A DNA stretch of 64,000 nt from Candidatus Doudnabacteria bacterium RIFCSPHIGHO2_01_FULL_46_14 (GTDB taxonomy: Bacteria > Patescibacteriota > Doudnabacteria > UBA920 > 2-01-FULL-46-14). The position numbers were made by a program, and so were the translations under genes. Of this stretch, positions 55,188 through 64,000 are shown in pieces. The notes below the pieces were generated by a model, which did no database searches, had not been told where the DNA came from, and saw only the letters and a list, made by a program, of their open reading frames with translations. Location of the stretch: NCBI GenBank assembly GCA_001779925.1, contig MFEK01000014.1:152168-216167 (forward strand), in the 5' to 3' direction. Position 1 is the first letter of the stretch, and the number at the start of each line of letters is the position of its first letter.

Positions 55188-55631
55188 ATGGTTTATTTAG
55201 GGGCAGATCACAGGGGGTTCAAACACAAAGAAAAATTAAAAGCGTTTCTGGATGAGCAGGGTTACCAAGTAACGGACATTGGCACCAATTCGGAAAAATC
55301 CGTGGACTATCCGGTAATCGCGCAAAAGGTAGCCAAGAAAGTTTCCGAGGATCCAAACAACCGCGGCATTTTGCTGTGTGGTTCAGGCGTGGGCGTGTGT
55401 ATTGCGGCCAACAAATTCAAAGGCATCCGCGCAGGCAGCGCCTGGACAGAAGAGGTGGCAAGATCCGCGCGTGCGGATGACAATGTCAATGTTCTCTGTT
55501 TGGCCGCTGATGATATTACCGTTGATGATACCAAGCAAATTGCGCGTGCTTTTCTAAATACCTCGTTTCGTGGTGAGGACCGTTACAAGCGCCGCATCGC
55601 ACAGATTGAGGAAATAGAGAAGGGAAATTAA
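55188..55631 (+). CDS. rpiB: Ribose-5-phosphate isomerase B
   Basis: RpiB/LacAB motifs GADHRGF and LLCGSGVGV. Confidence 0.9.
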   Translation: MVYLGADHRGFKHKEKLKAFLDEQGYQVTDIGTNSEKSVDYPVIAQKVAKKVSEDPNNRGILLCGSGVGVCIAANKFKGIRAGSAWTEEVARSARADDNVNVLCLAADDITVDDTKQIARAFLNTSFRGEDRYKRRIAQIEEIEKGN

Positions 55632-55743
55632 CAATTTCTAATTACTCTAATTTCTAATTGACCTAAATAATGACCCAAATTCCAATTTCCCAAGCATTAA
55701 ACACTAGTTATTATTTAGAAATTAGGTCAATTAGAAATTCATC

Positions 55744-56391
55744 ATGGCTCAATTAATTCCTGCAATTCTATCTAAAGAAGTAAGTGAGGTGGAGGAAAAA
55801 ATCCGCTTCCTGGAACAGATCCCCGAGATCACCGAGGTTCATATTGATTTTGAAGACGGGCTGTTTGTGCCGAATGACACGGTTTTGCCAAAAGATCTTT
55901 TTGGCATTAAAACCCGCCTTGCGATTGACGCGCACATGATGGTCGTGAGTCCGCAGGATTATTTTCATGACCTTGAACATCTGGGAGCATCTGCCGCTGA
56001 CATTCATTTCGAAAGTTTCATCGGATTTACTGAGCTCCTCAATGCAGTGAGTAATCTTCACACCATGAAAATAAAGGTTGGCGTGGTGGTGAACCCGGAG
56101 ACAGATGTGGAAATATTTAAAAGTTTGATTCCGGAAATTGACGTCGCGTTTATTATGAGCGTGTATCCCGGGTTCCAGGGCAAGCCTTTTTTACCGCAGA
56201 GCCTTGATAGGTGTTCTGTTTTGCGAAAAAGCTATCCGAATGCCATAATACAAATAGATGGCGGCGTGAGCAAAGCCAATATTGAAGCCGTTCGCGCGCA
56301 CGGCGCGGACCGCATCGTGGTAGGTAGCGGCATCTGGAAGAATCTCGATCCGAAACAAACAATTTATGAACTATTGGAAAAGATTAAATAG
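55744..56391 (+). CDS. rpe: Ribulose-phosphate 3-epimerase
   Basis: RPE motifs: HIDFEDG, MSVYPGFQGKPF and IQIDGGV. Confidence 0.85.
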   Translation: MAQLIPAILSKEVSEVEEKIRFLEQIPEITEVHIDFEDGLFVPNDTVLPKDLFGIKTRLAIDAHMMVVSPQDYFHDLEHLGASAADIHFESFIGFTELLNAVSNLHTMKIKVGVVVNPETDVEIFKSLIPEIDVAFIMSVYPGFQGKPFLPQSLDRCSVLRKSYPNAIIQIDGGVSKANIEAVRAHGADRIVVGSGIWKNLDPKQTIYELLEKIK

Positions 56392-56453
56392 GAGCATGTC
56401 ATCCTGAGGTACTTGCGAAGGATCATGAGTTTCTTCGGCGATTACGCTTCAGA

Positions 56454-57668
56454 ATGACAGATAAAAAAATGGAAACACAAACACCAATTCAAACACAAAA
56501 CCCTGTGATCATAACCCCACCTCCTCCTGAGGTTCCTCTACTTTCCAAGGAGGGGCCTAGTGAGGTAAAACCGCATCACCACATCACCTCCTGGGTGGCT
56601 TTGGTGATCATTGCTACAATCGCAGCTACGACTGGTTATCTGCTCTGGGCCAAATCTCAGGAAGCCTGGCCGTTTGATTTTGACGGGCCGTGGAGTGAGG
56701 TCAAGAGAATAGGTTCTCAAAGTGAAACTGCAGGGTGGAACATATGCAAGAATGAGGCTTACGGTTTTGAGGTAAAATATCCTCCGAATTGGAAAGTATG
56801 GAGAGTTGGCGCTCCTGAAGCAAGCGTAAGCTCGTGCGAAGTTGGCTTGCGAACTGCAGGATTTTCGCCTAATCTCCTTGAATTGTCTCTTGAAACGATA
56901 CAACAAATTAATGTTGACGTTGATAGCGAGACGGTAAAAACAATCGAAGATTATAGAGCCAAGCACCCCGAGTTTTTCTATTTTAACGAGATAACTCGAG
57001 AGTCCACTATTGATGGACAGAAGCTGTACTGGTTTGGAGAGAGACTAGCGATTACTTTTTACGATGGCAAGATGTTCAGATTTAGTATGATTCAAAACAT
57101 TGACGAGTCAACCCTCAATCTTTTTTTCTCTACTTTTAAATTTATTAAACAGACCCCGAAGGTGAATGCTTCGAATTGGAATGAGTACTACTATGAAGAT
57201 CAGTTTGAGATACGGTACCCTACAGATTTTCGTTTTATTGATGCCGATGATTCAGGTACTTATCATAATAATTTTTTTCCAAATGACGGCATTGTCATGG
57301 GAACAATTTTGTTTCCCGATCAAAAAGGAACAAATCTTTCCAGCGCTTCAATCAGCATGGCCCGCTATGATGGGTATTTGACCGCAGAAGATTGTAAACT
57401 GTATCGCAACGTCGACAAAATTTCAAAAATGACAGAAACAGAAACTGTTGAATATGAGTTTTATAAGGCAACGATAACTGGTGCAGCAGCTGGTACAAAA
57501 GTTACCCAGTATATTTATCGGCTTTACAATAGCAATTGTTTTGAAATTTCCTTGGATATACGCGTAGGCAACATTGCAAATTATGAGACGGGAACAGTTA
57601 ATGAAGTTGATGAAGACACAATCCTGGATCAATTTAAATCTATATTATCAACCGTTGGAATAATATGA
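56454..57668 (+). CDS. Hypothetical membrane-anchored protein, AT-rich
   Basis: N-terminal TM helix; no recognised domain; noticeably lower GC than its neighbours. Confidence 0.5.
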   Translation: MTDKKMETQTPIQTQNPVIITPPPPEVPLLSKEGPSEVKPHHHITSWVALVIIATIAATTGYLLWAKSQEAWPFDFDGPWSEVKRIGSQSETAGWNICKNEAYGFEVKYPPNWKVWRVGAPEASVSSCEVGLRTAGFSPNLLELSLETIQQINVDVDSETVKTIEDYRAKHPEFFYFNEITRESTIDGQKLYWFGERLAITFYDGKMFRFSMIQNIDESTLNLFFSTFKFIKQTPKVNASNWNEYYYEDQFEIRYPTDFRFIDADDSGTYHNNFFPNDGIVMGTILFPDQKGTNLSSASISMARYDGYLTAEDCKLYRNVDKISKMTETETVEYEFYKATITGAAAGTKVTQYIYRLYNSNCFEISLDIRVGNIANYETGTVNEVDEDTILDQFKSILSTVGII

Positions 57669-58534
57669 TCGGCGAAGACATACACGAAAAGAAAATAAAA
57701 AAGCTTGAAAAGATCGCGAACCAGATTCGCGAGGATATTATTGTCGCGCTTCTGAATGCCAAATCTGGTCATTCTGCGGGACCTTTGGGTATGGCTGATG
57801 TTTTTACCGCGTTATATTTTCACGTTTTAAATATCCGTCCCAAACAGCCGAAATGGGAGGATCGCGACCGGCTAACGCTATCGTGCGGGCACATTAACCC
57901 TGTGCTGTACGCTGCTTTGGCCAATGCAGGATATTTTTCGCGTGATGAGTTCCGGAAAACACTTCGCCGGTTTGGTACGCGCCTTCACGGGCACCCGCAT
58001 AACCTTGTGACTCCTGGCGTGGAAAATTCTTCTGGCCCTTTGGGACAGGGGCTGTCGCAGGCGATTGGTATGGCACTTGCTGCCAAAATGGACGGCAAGA
58101 AGCGCCAGATTTACTGCATCATGTCTGATGGGGAACAGCAGGAAGGGCAGATCTGGGAAGCTGTGATGTTTGCCGGCAAAAACCGCCTGGACAACCTCAC
58201 CGCGATTATGGATCGCAATAGCATTCAGATCGATGGCTTTACTGAGGATGTTATGCCGCTCGAGCCTCTGCGTGCCAAATACGAAGCCTTCAACTGGCAT
58301 GTCATTGAAATTGATGGCAATAACATTCGTCAGGTGGTGGAAGCTTGTAACCAGGCTTATGGTATTTACGAGCGTCCGGTTTTGATTATCGCTCACACAG
58401 TACCGGGCAAGGGCGTGGATTTTATGGAGCAGGATTATAAATGGCATGGAAATCCGCCGAATAAAGATCAGGCTGGCGAGGCGCTAAAACAACTGCGCAC
58501 TTTGGGCGGAAAAATTAAATCCGAGCACGAATAA
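57665..58534 (+). CDS. Transketolase, N-terminal subunit (split tkt)
   Basis: TPP-binding motifs GHSAGPLGMAD, DGEQQEG and NLTAIMDRN. Confidence 0.9.
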   Translation: MIGEDIHEKKIKKLEKIANQIREDIIVALLNAKSGHSAGPLGMADVFTALYFHVLNIRPKQPKWEDRDRLTLSCGHINPVLYAALANAGYFSRDEFRKTLRRFGTRLHGHPHNLVTPGVENSSGPLGQGLSQAIGMALAAKMDGKKRQIYCIMSDGEQQEGQIWEAVMFAGKNRLDNLTAIMDRNSIQIDGFTEDVMPLEPLRAKYEAFNWHVIEIDGNNIRQVVEACNQAYGIYERPVLIIAHTVPGKGVDFMEQDYKWHGNPPNKDQAGEALKQLRTLGGKIKSEHE

Positions 58535-60274
58535 ATGACTGTATTAGTTTTATTTTTGGTAATTTTTTGTTTGATGTGGATCGCGCGGCTTAGCGGCCGG
58601 TTAAGCGATTTGGAAAAGGAAAGGTCTCCCGCGCAGACAAAACAAGGAGCATCCGCGTCTATAGCACCTTCTATCCCACAGGCGCCGGTCACGCAGCCGA
58701 TGTCTAAGCAGGAAGCCGCTGCTCCAAAGCCGCAAACAGAAAAGCGTGCGGAGGAGGAGATTGCCACCAATTGGCTGACAAGGATCGGGGTAGTGGCCTT
58801 GCTCTTTGGCGTGGGCTTTTTTTTGAAATACGCGATTGACCAAGGCTGGATCAATGAGCTTATGCGCGTCATGATTGGTGTTTCAGTAGGTGTGCTCCTC
58901 ATCATCCTCGGCGAGATATGGAAATCAAAATATCGAGATTACGCGCTCAGCCTTTCCGGCGGCGGAATTGGCATTTTATATTTCAGCGTTACCGCGGCTT
59001 ACCAGTTTTACGGGCTTGTTTCACATGGCGCAGCTTTCGGGCTTGCGATTCTGATCACCCTGGTGGCTGCGTTTTTAGCGTATCGTTATCAGAGCCTGCC
59101 GCTCGCCCTTCTTTCTACTATTGGCAGCTACGCCTCGCCGCTCTTGCTTTATTCTGGCAGAGACCAGCAGATCCAACTTTTTTTTTACATGACGATTCTC
59201 AATATGGGAATACTTACTGTTCTGGTAAAAAAATACTGGTTCGAGCTTTTGTACGTGGCGTTTATCGGCACGGGTTTGAATTTTTTGGTTTGGGTTTTGA
59301 GATTTTCCAATTCCGATAACACCCTGGAAAGCGTAGTATTTTTGCTAACCACTCTCGCCCTATTCTGGGTGATCACTATGCTTCTCCTGCGGCTCCATGA
59401 AACCGAACAACCCCTGCAAAAAAGTGCGGACGACAAGCAGGGTATGTTTATGGTGTTGAGCGCGATTTATTTTGTGATTGCTGTGTTTACCCTGCTTTAT
59501 GGCAATTTCCATCATCGCCTAGCTCTTGTTTCTTTTTTGGAAGCCGCAGTAGCGCTCGTTACCTATCTTTTTGCAGCTAGACAAAACTGGCCTGTGACGC
59601 GTTATACCGCGGCCTTTAGTGCATTTGTGTTGTTCGTAATGTTTAATTTTTGGCAGTTTGACGGAGCAGGAACAGATGTTTCAATTTTCGTATTGGCAAT
59701 AGCAGGAATCTTTGCCGGGGCTTTTCTCGGCAAACCAGAGCTGCGCGTGGCAGGCGTATCAACGCTCTTTTTCGGCATGATCAAGACTTTTGCCAATTCA
59801 TACGAAATGCAATCGTATACCTTTCTTTTAAATGAAAAGTTTTCGCTTTCTGCCTTATATATTGTTGGCGGTTGGATTGTTTCCCGATTCTGGAACCGGG
59901 ATGGTCAAAAAATCAAAGCAATTTCGGCTTTGGCTTTATGGTTTGCAGTAACCTGGGAAATCGTGGCGTATTTCCAGCAATTCCCTGGTTCAGGTAATAG
60001 TTTAAACCTGTCTATCAGTATATGGTGGATTACCTACGCGGTTGTTGTATTGATATATGGGGTGATGATGCGCGACGCGTTTTTCCGCAAACTTGCAATA
60101 ATCTTATTCGGGCTGAGTATAGTGAAAGTTTTTGTTTATGATGTGCAAAGTCTTGACACGGGATACCGCATCGTTTCATTTATAACGCTCGGTGTGATTT
60201 TATTGTCCGTATCATTTGCCTATCACAAAAATAAAGAAAAAATCACGTTTTTTTTGGAAGGTAAAAGCAAATGA
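58535..60274 (+). CDS. Large polytopic membrane protein (DUF2339-like)
   Basis: At least 12 TM helices and an N-terminal Pro/Ala/Gln-rich region; the start directly abuts the tktN stop. Confidence 0.6.
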   Translation: MTVLVLFLVIFCLMWIARLSGRLSDLEKERSPAQTKQGASASIAPSIPQAPVTQPMSKQEAAAPKPQTEKRAEEEIATNWLTRIGVVALLFGVGFFLKYAIDQGWINELMRVMIGVSVGVLLIILGEIWKSKYRDYALSLSGGGIGILYFSVTAAYQFYGLVSHGAAFGLAILITLVAAFLAYRYQSLPLALLSTIGSYASPLLLYSGRDQQIQLFFYMTILNMGILTVLVKKYWFELLYVAFIGTGLNFLVWVLRFSNSDNTLESVVFLLTTLALFWVITMLLLRLHETEQPLQKSADDKQGMFMVLSAIYFVIAVFTLLYGNFHHRLALVSFLEAAVALVTYLFAARQNWPVTRYTAAFSAFVLFVMFNFWQFDGAGTDVSIFVLAIAGIFAGAFLGKPELRVAGVSTLFFGMIKTFANSYEMQSYTFLLNEKFSLSALYIVGGWIVSRFWNRDGQKIKAISALALWFAVTWEIVAYFQQFPGSGNSLNLSISIWWITYAVVVLIYGVMMRDAFFRKLAIILFGLSIVKVFVYDVQSLDTGYRIVSFITLGVILLSVSFAYHKNKEKITFFLEGKSK

Positions 60275-60576
60275 GCAGCCACGGCCCGAGCTGGTACAAA
60301 GTTTTTGCTACCGGCCTCGCGATTACCTATCTGTTTTTTCTCATCATGGTTTCGCAGTGCACATTTTCTCTTTCCGATCCAATCTCGCTTTTCAACACAT
60401 TTCTCTGTGTGCTGTACGTCGGATTTTCCTTGCTTTGTTTGATTATGGGGCTGGCAGTATCATTGGTCGGCTTTGAACATGCAAAAAAACAGGGAAAAAA
60501 CCGGGGTTTTTATCTGATGTTGATGGTTTATTTAATCGCAGGTTTGTTTGCCATCATTTTTTATCGCTTCCTATGA
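60271..60576 (+). CDS. Small membrane protein
   Basis: Three TM helices; overlapping start and stop (ATGA) with its neighbours. Confidence 0.45.
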   Translation: MSSHGPSWYKVFATGLAITYLFFLIMVSQCTFSLSDPISLFNTFLCVLYVGFSLLCLIMGLAVSLVGFEHAKKQGKNRGFYLMLMVYLIAGLFAIIFYRFL

Positions 60577-60818
60577 GTATTCAGATAACGCAAAATGACA
60601 AAAAGGTCATCAGCGCTGCCCTGCTTGCTGTGGTTTTACTCGTCGGACTATTCTATGCGGAACGCGCAAGGAAAGAGCAGTCAAAGAGCGTTAAAAATGA
60701 TATGATATGCATACAGGTCGTCACGAAGGCCCGCAATCCCAAAACTGGAGAGATTCGAGAATTTTCCACTCCGTGTGATGTGCCTGTCGGCTGGATTAAA
60801 TCGGGTATTAATAATTAA
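60573..60818 (+). CDS. Small membrane-anchored protein
   Basis: One TM helix; overlapping start. Confidence 0.45.
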   Translation: MSIQITQNDKKVISAALLAVVLLVGLFYAERARKEQSKSVKNDMICIQVVTKARNPKTGEIREFSTPCDVPVGWIKSGINN

Positions 60819-60832
60819 TTGACAATTAACCC

Positions 60833-60905
60833 CGTTAGAAATCTAAGCAAGATCTTTAGCGGCATCTCACGTTTTTAGGACCTCTAGCCACAGAGATTTC
60901 TAACG
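60833..60905. promoter_or_regulatory. 12-bp inverted repeat whose 3' arm overlaps the RBS of the next gene
   Basis: Arms CGTTAGAAATCT (60833-60844) and AGATTTCTAACG (60894-60905). Confidence 0.5.
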
Positions 60906-60907
60906 AG

Positions 60908-61096
60908 GTGAATCAAAATAAAATGAAAGCAATGAAAAAAAATCTATCGCCGGAATTCTGGGTTACGACCATTGTTCTTGCTGCGTTTATGGCCGGATTT
61001 GTGGTCTGGACAAAGACCGCCGCGTTAGCAAGCGATGATTTTGGCAGCTTTACTTATCATAAAAAACTGCTCCCCAAAAAAGCCAGCAGAAGATAA
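60908..61096 (+). CDS. Small membrane protein
   Basis: One TM helix; GAGGTG RBS. Confidence 0.4.
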   Translation: MNQNKMKAMKKNLSPEFWVTTIVLAAFMAGFVVWTKTAALASDDFGSFTYHKKLLPKKASRR

Positions 61097-62083
61097 ATGC
61101 TTAGCGCAAAGGCAAAACTTTCAAAAAAAATTTTTCACGGCGGCATTGATATGTTGCCGACCCGAGATGGGTATGGCCTCGGCTTGGTTTGGCTTGGGGA
61201 AAACAACCCGAACGTTGTTGTATTGACTGGGGATTTGTCAGAGTCAACAAGGTCCAGCTGGTTCGCGGAAAAATTTCCAAAACGGTTTATCGAGGTTGGC
61301 GTGGCCGAGCAGAATATGATGGGCATTGCCGCGGGTCTAGCGCTATCAGGGAAGATTCCGTTTGTCTCCTCTTATGCGACGTTTAACCCTGGCCGCAATT
61401 GGGATCAGTTGCGAGTCTCGGTTTGTTACAGCGGAGCAAACGTAAAAATCGCAGGAGCGCATGCCGGTATTTCAGTGGGTCCGGACGGCGCGACTCACCA
61501 GGCTTTGGAGGATATTGCGATTACGCGCGTCCTGCCCGATCTGGTGGTAATCGTTCCCTGTGACAAAATAGAAGCGCAGAAAGCCACGATTGCTATGGCG
61601 GTAGAGATAAAAGGACCCGCATACATTCGTTTTGGCCGGGAAAAGAGTCCGGTTTTTACCACAGAAGATACGCCTTTTAAAATCGGCCGGGCAGAGGTTT
61701 TTCGGGAGGGAGATGATGTTGCCATCATTGGCAGTGGGATGCTAGTTTATAACGCGCTCCAGGCAGCTGAGGAGTTACATAAAGAAGGGATTAGCTGTCA
61801 GGTAGTCAACAACCATACTATCAAGCCGATTGACCGAAAAACCATTGCTGCGGCAGCTAGGAAATGCGGCGCAGTGGTGACAGTCGAGGAACATCAGATA
61901 AACGGGGGAGCCGGGAGCGCAGTCATCGAGGTTCTCGCTGAGGAATATCCTGTCCCAGTGGAGCGGGTAGGCATGCCTGACAGTTTTGGGCAGTCAGGCC
62001 AGCCGGCGGAGCTCATTGAACATTATGGCATGGGCAAGAGTGCTATAATCAAAGCAGTGAAGAAAGTGTTAAAGAGAAAATAA
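61097..62083 (+). CDS. Transketolase, C-terminal subunit (split tkt)
   Basis: Pyrimidine-binding/C-terminal domain motifs GADGATHQ and MPDSFGQSG; the internal ATG at 61151 is an alternative start. Confidence 0.9.
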   Translation: MLSAKAKLSKKIFHGGIDMLPTRDGYGLGLVWLGENNPNVVVLTGDLSESTRSSWFAEKFPKRFIEVGVAEQNMMGIAAGLALSGKIPFVSSYATFNPGRNWDQLRVSVCYSGANVKIAGAHAGISVGPDGATHQALEDIAITRVLPDLVVIVPCDKIEAQKATIAMAVEIKGPAYIRFGREKSPVFTTEDTPFKIGRAEVFREGDDVAIIGSGMLVYNALQAAEELHKEGISCQVVNNHTIKPIDRKTIAAAARKCGAVVTVEEHQINGGAGSAVIEVLAEEYPVPVERVGMPDSFGQSGQPAELIEHYGMGKSAIIKAVKKVLKRK

Positions 62084-62090
62084 TCTCAAT

Positions 62091-62180
62091 TAATTTCCCC
62101 TCCTTATGAGGAGGGGTTAGGGGAGGTCAAAGTGATTCGCTATGACCCCCTCTCAATCTCCCCCTCATGAGAGGGAGAAG
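62091..62180. repeat. GC-rich double-hairpin repeat element (copy 2, directly after the tktC stop)
   Basis: About 80% identical to 17646-17736. Confidence 0.7.
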
Positions 62181-62191
62181 GAAAGGCAAAA

Positions 62192-62932
62192 ATGGAACCG
62201 CCAAAAGTCGGAGAGCTTTTCAAACAAGCCTGGGAAATATTCAAACAAAAAATAAAACCTTTGGTGCTTATTCAACTACCTTCCTTTGTGGTCGGCACTT
62301 TATTCGGCGGGTTTATTGGTTTCGCAGGGTTTGTTGACGTTAATGGTAGATTTGTGATGCCAGCGGTCTGGGACGAGAAAACAATCGCAATCGCGTCGAT
62401 TGGGGGCGTGTTGGCGATCGCTACCTTGGTAGTATCGATCTGGACGCAGATGGCCACAATGGTAGCGATAAAAGATTTAGATACTGTATTGAGTTTTAGA
62501 GAAGCCTACAAACAGAGCTCCGGTCTGATCTTATCGTCTCTTGTAATCTCAATACTAACCGGACTGGCTTTAATGGGAGGGTTTATTCTTTTGGTGATAC
62601 CGGGGATTATTTTCCTAGTGTGGTTTTCTTTTGGAAATTACGTTCTGGTCAACGAAGGCAAAAAAGGCAGCGAGGCTTTACAAGCGAGCAAGGAATACGT
62701 GAAAGGTAATTTTTGGGCAGTACTGGGCAGGTACATTGTGCTCATTTTGGTGGCAATCGTTGTTTTTGCGGTCCCTTCAGGGATTTTGAGCATGACCGGT
62801 TTAAAAATCCTCGAGGATGTCTACACGACAGTTGCGTCCCTGTTTTTTTCACCGCTCGCTGTAATATATACTTTTCTGATGTATCGAAGCTTGCGTGATA
62901 TGAAATTAACCCCAACTCTACACAGTGTCTAA
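62192..62932 (+). CDS. Hypothetical multi-TM membrane protein
   Basis: Five or six TM helices; no recognised family. Confidence 0.5.
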   Translation: MEPPKVGELFKQAWEIFKQKIKPLVLIQLPSFVVGTLFGGFIGFAGFVDVNGRFVMPAVWDEKTIAIASIGGVLAIATLVVSIWTQMATMVAIKDLDTVLSFREAYKQSSGLILSSLVISILTGLALMGGFILLVIPGIIFLVWFSFGNYVLVNEGKKGSEALQASKEYVKGNFWAVLGRYIVLILVAIVVFAVPSGILSMTGLKILEDVYTTVASLFFSPLAVIYTFLMYRSLRDMKLTPTLHSV

Positions 62933-63917
62933 AAAATACGATCTGATTTCCATAGGCGACACGACGATTGATGCTTTTATTAGACTCCACGAAGCATCAA
63001 TCCATTGCGATATCAACAAAAAGAACTGCCAGATCTGCATGTCTTTTGCTGACAAAATTCCCTACGAAACTCTGGACGTTGTCCCGGCTGTGGGCAATTC
63101 TTCAAATGTCGCGGTTGGTGTCGCGAGGTTAGGACTCAAATCCGCGCCTTTTACTGCTGTAGGCGGCGATGTTTTTGGTAAGCAAATTTTGGATACCTAC
63201 CACAAAGAAAAGGTCAGCACAGAGTTTGTAAAGATTAATCCCAAAGCCCAGACTAATTATCATTTTGTCCTAAATTTTCAAGCAGAGCGAACCATCCTCA
63301 TCAAACATAACGAGTTTCAATATTTTGACGTAAAGAAAATCGGGGACACGCCATGGGTTTATTTTTCCTCCATGCCGCCGAATTTGTTTTCCTTTCACGA
63401 AAAACTAGCAACCTATCTGGTGAAACATCCAAAAATCAAAATGGGCTTCAATCCTGGAAACCAGATGAAACTTGGTGTGGAAAAAATAAAGAAAGTTTAC
63501 CGTCAGACCCATGTGCTTTTTGTGAACCGCGAGGAAGCGCAAAAAATACTGAAAATAAAAAATCCCAACCCAAAGGTTTTATTCGCTGGCCTGCACAAGC
63601 TTGGTCCGAAAATCATTCTCATCACTGACGGTCCGGACGGCTCGTATGTTTCTGACGGCAAAGATGCATTCTACATGCCAATTTACCCTGATCCCAAGCC
63701 GCCGATCTCCCGGACTGGGGCAGGGGATGCCTCTTCAAGCAGTTTTATGGCCGCCTTGATTTACGGATTGTCGCCTGTGGAGGCAGCTCAGTGGGCGCCG
63801 ATCAACAGCATGAATGTAGTTCAGCACATTGGCGCGCAAAAAGGATTACTGACGAAATCCCAACTTTTAAGTCTGCTCAAAAAATCCCCGAAGAATTATT
63901 TGCCGAAAAAAATATGA
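62925..63917 (+). CDS. PfkB-family carbohydrate kinase (ribokinase-like)
   Basis: C-terminal TGAGDA ATP-binding motif and N-terminal sugar-binding region. Confidence 0.8.
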   Translation: MSKKYDLISIGDTTIDAFIRLHEASIHCDINKKNCQICMSFADKIPYETLDVVPAVGNSSNVAVGVARLGLKSAPFTAVGGDVFGKQILDTYHKEKVSTEFVKINPKAQTNYHFVLNFQAERTILIKHNEFQYFDVKKIGDTPWVYFSSMPPNLFSFHEKLATYLVKHPKIKMGFNPGNQMKLGVEKIKKVYRQTHVLFVNREEAQKILKIKNPNPKVLFAGLHKLGPKIILITDGPDGSYVSDGKDAFYMPIYPDPKPPISRTGAGDASSSSFMAALIYGLSPVEAAQWAPINSMNVVQHIGAQKGLLTKSQLLSLLKKSPKNYLPKKI

Positions 63918-64000
63918 AAAAATATATCGGAATCGTACCCCTGATTTTAAGTCTCGTGATGTCCTATCAAGCTTTCTACTCGCGCGATGCAAGCGCTGAT

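Noticed and set aside
1-64000. CRISPR arrays, rRNA genes, transposases, integrases, phage structural genes
   Set aside because: No regularly spaced direct repeats with unique spacers, no rRNA-like conserved stretches, and no ORF with recombinase, transposase or capsid signatures were found on either strand.

Overview
This 64-kb window looks like a small-genome, CPR/Patescibacteria-like bacterium with standard stop-codon usage. That call rests on three things: no L30 gene between rpsE and rplO, long basic tails on L22, L23 and S19, and a partly reduced metabolism. It is mostly housekeeping DNA. The left third holds a 5'-truncated leuS, an NTP-transferase, tsaC, glyA, a PAP2 phosphatase, a membrane-anchored Clp-like AAA+ ATPase, tRNA-Leu(CAA), an SPFH/Band-7 gene, an HPS-like gene, purB-purE, an orphan parB, and two more tRNAs flanking a small-ORF islet. 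The middle carries rpsL-rpsG-fusA, then a roughly 3.9-kb island, then tuf and the S10-spc-alpha ribosomal cluster (rpsJ through rplO, secY, two tandem adk genes, map). The right side holds msrA, a CAP-domain protein, htrA, ruvX/yqgF, a galT-like gene, tpiA, rpiB, rpe, a split transketolase and a PfkB kinase. Seven things stand out. (1) The island of hypothetical genes between fusA and tuf is punctuated by duplicated terminator modules, a 38-bp perfect palindrome and a repeated operator-like element in front of three consecutive genes. (2) LeuRS carries an in-frame RBBP9/YdeN-like alpha/beta serine-hydrolase domain of about 220 aa just before the CP1 editing domain. (3) GC-rich palindromic (double-hairpin) miniature repeats occur both intergenically and in-frame inside conserved genes (leuS, tsaC). 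(4) Several families of roughly 30-100-bp repeats sit directly upstream of ribosomal-protein start codons. (5) The transketolase N- and C-subunit genes are separated by a 2.6-kb membrane-protein insertion. (6) A roughly 800-bp ORF-poor, hairpin-rich region probably encodes a structured RNA. (7) The tRNA at 18010 has a non-canonical anticodon loop. No CRISPR array, rRNA, integrase or transposase was recognised.
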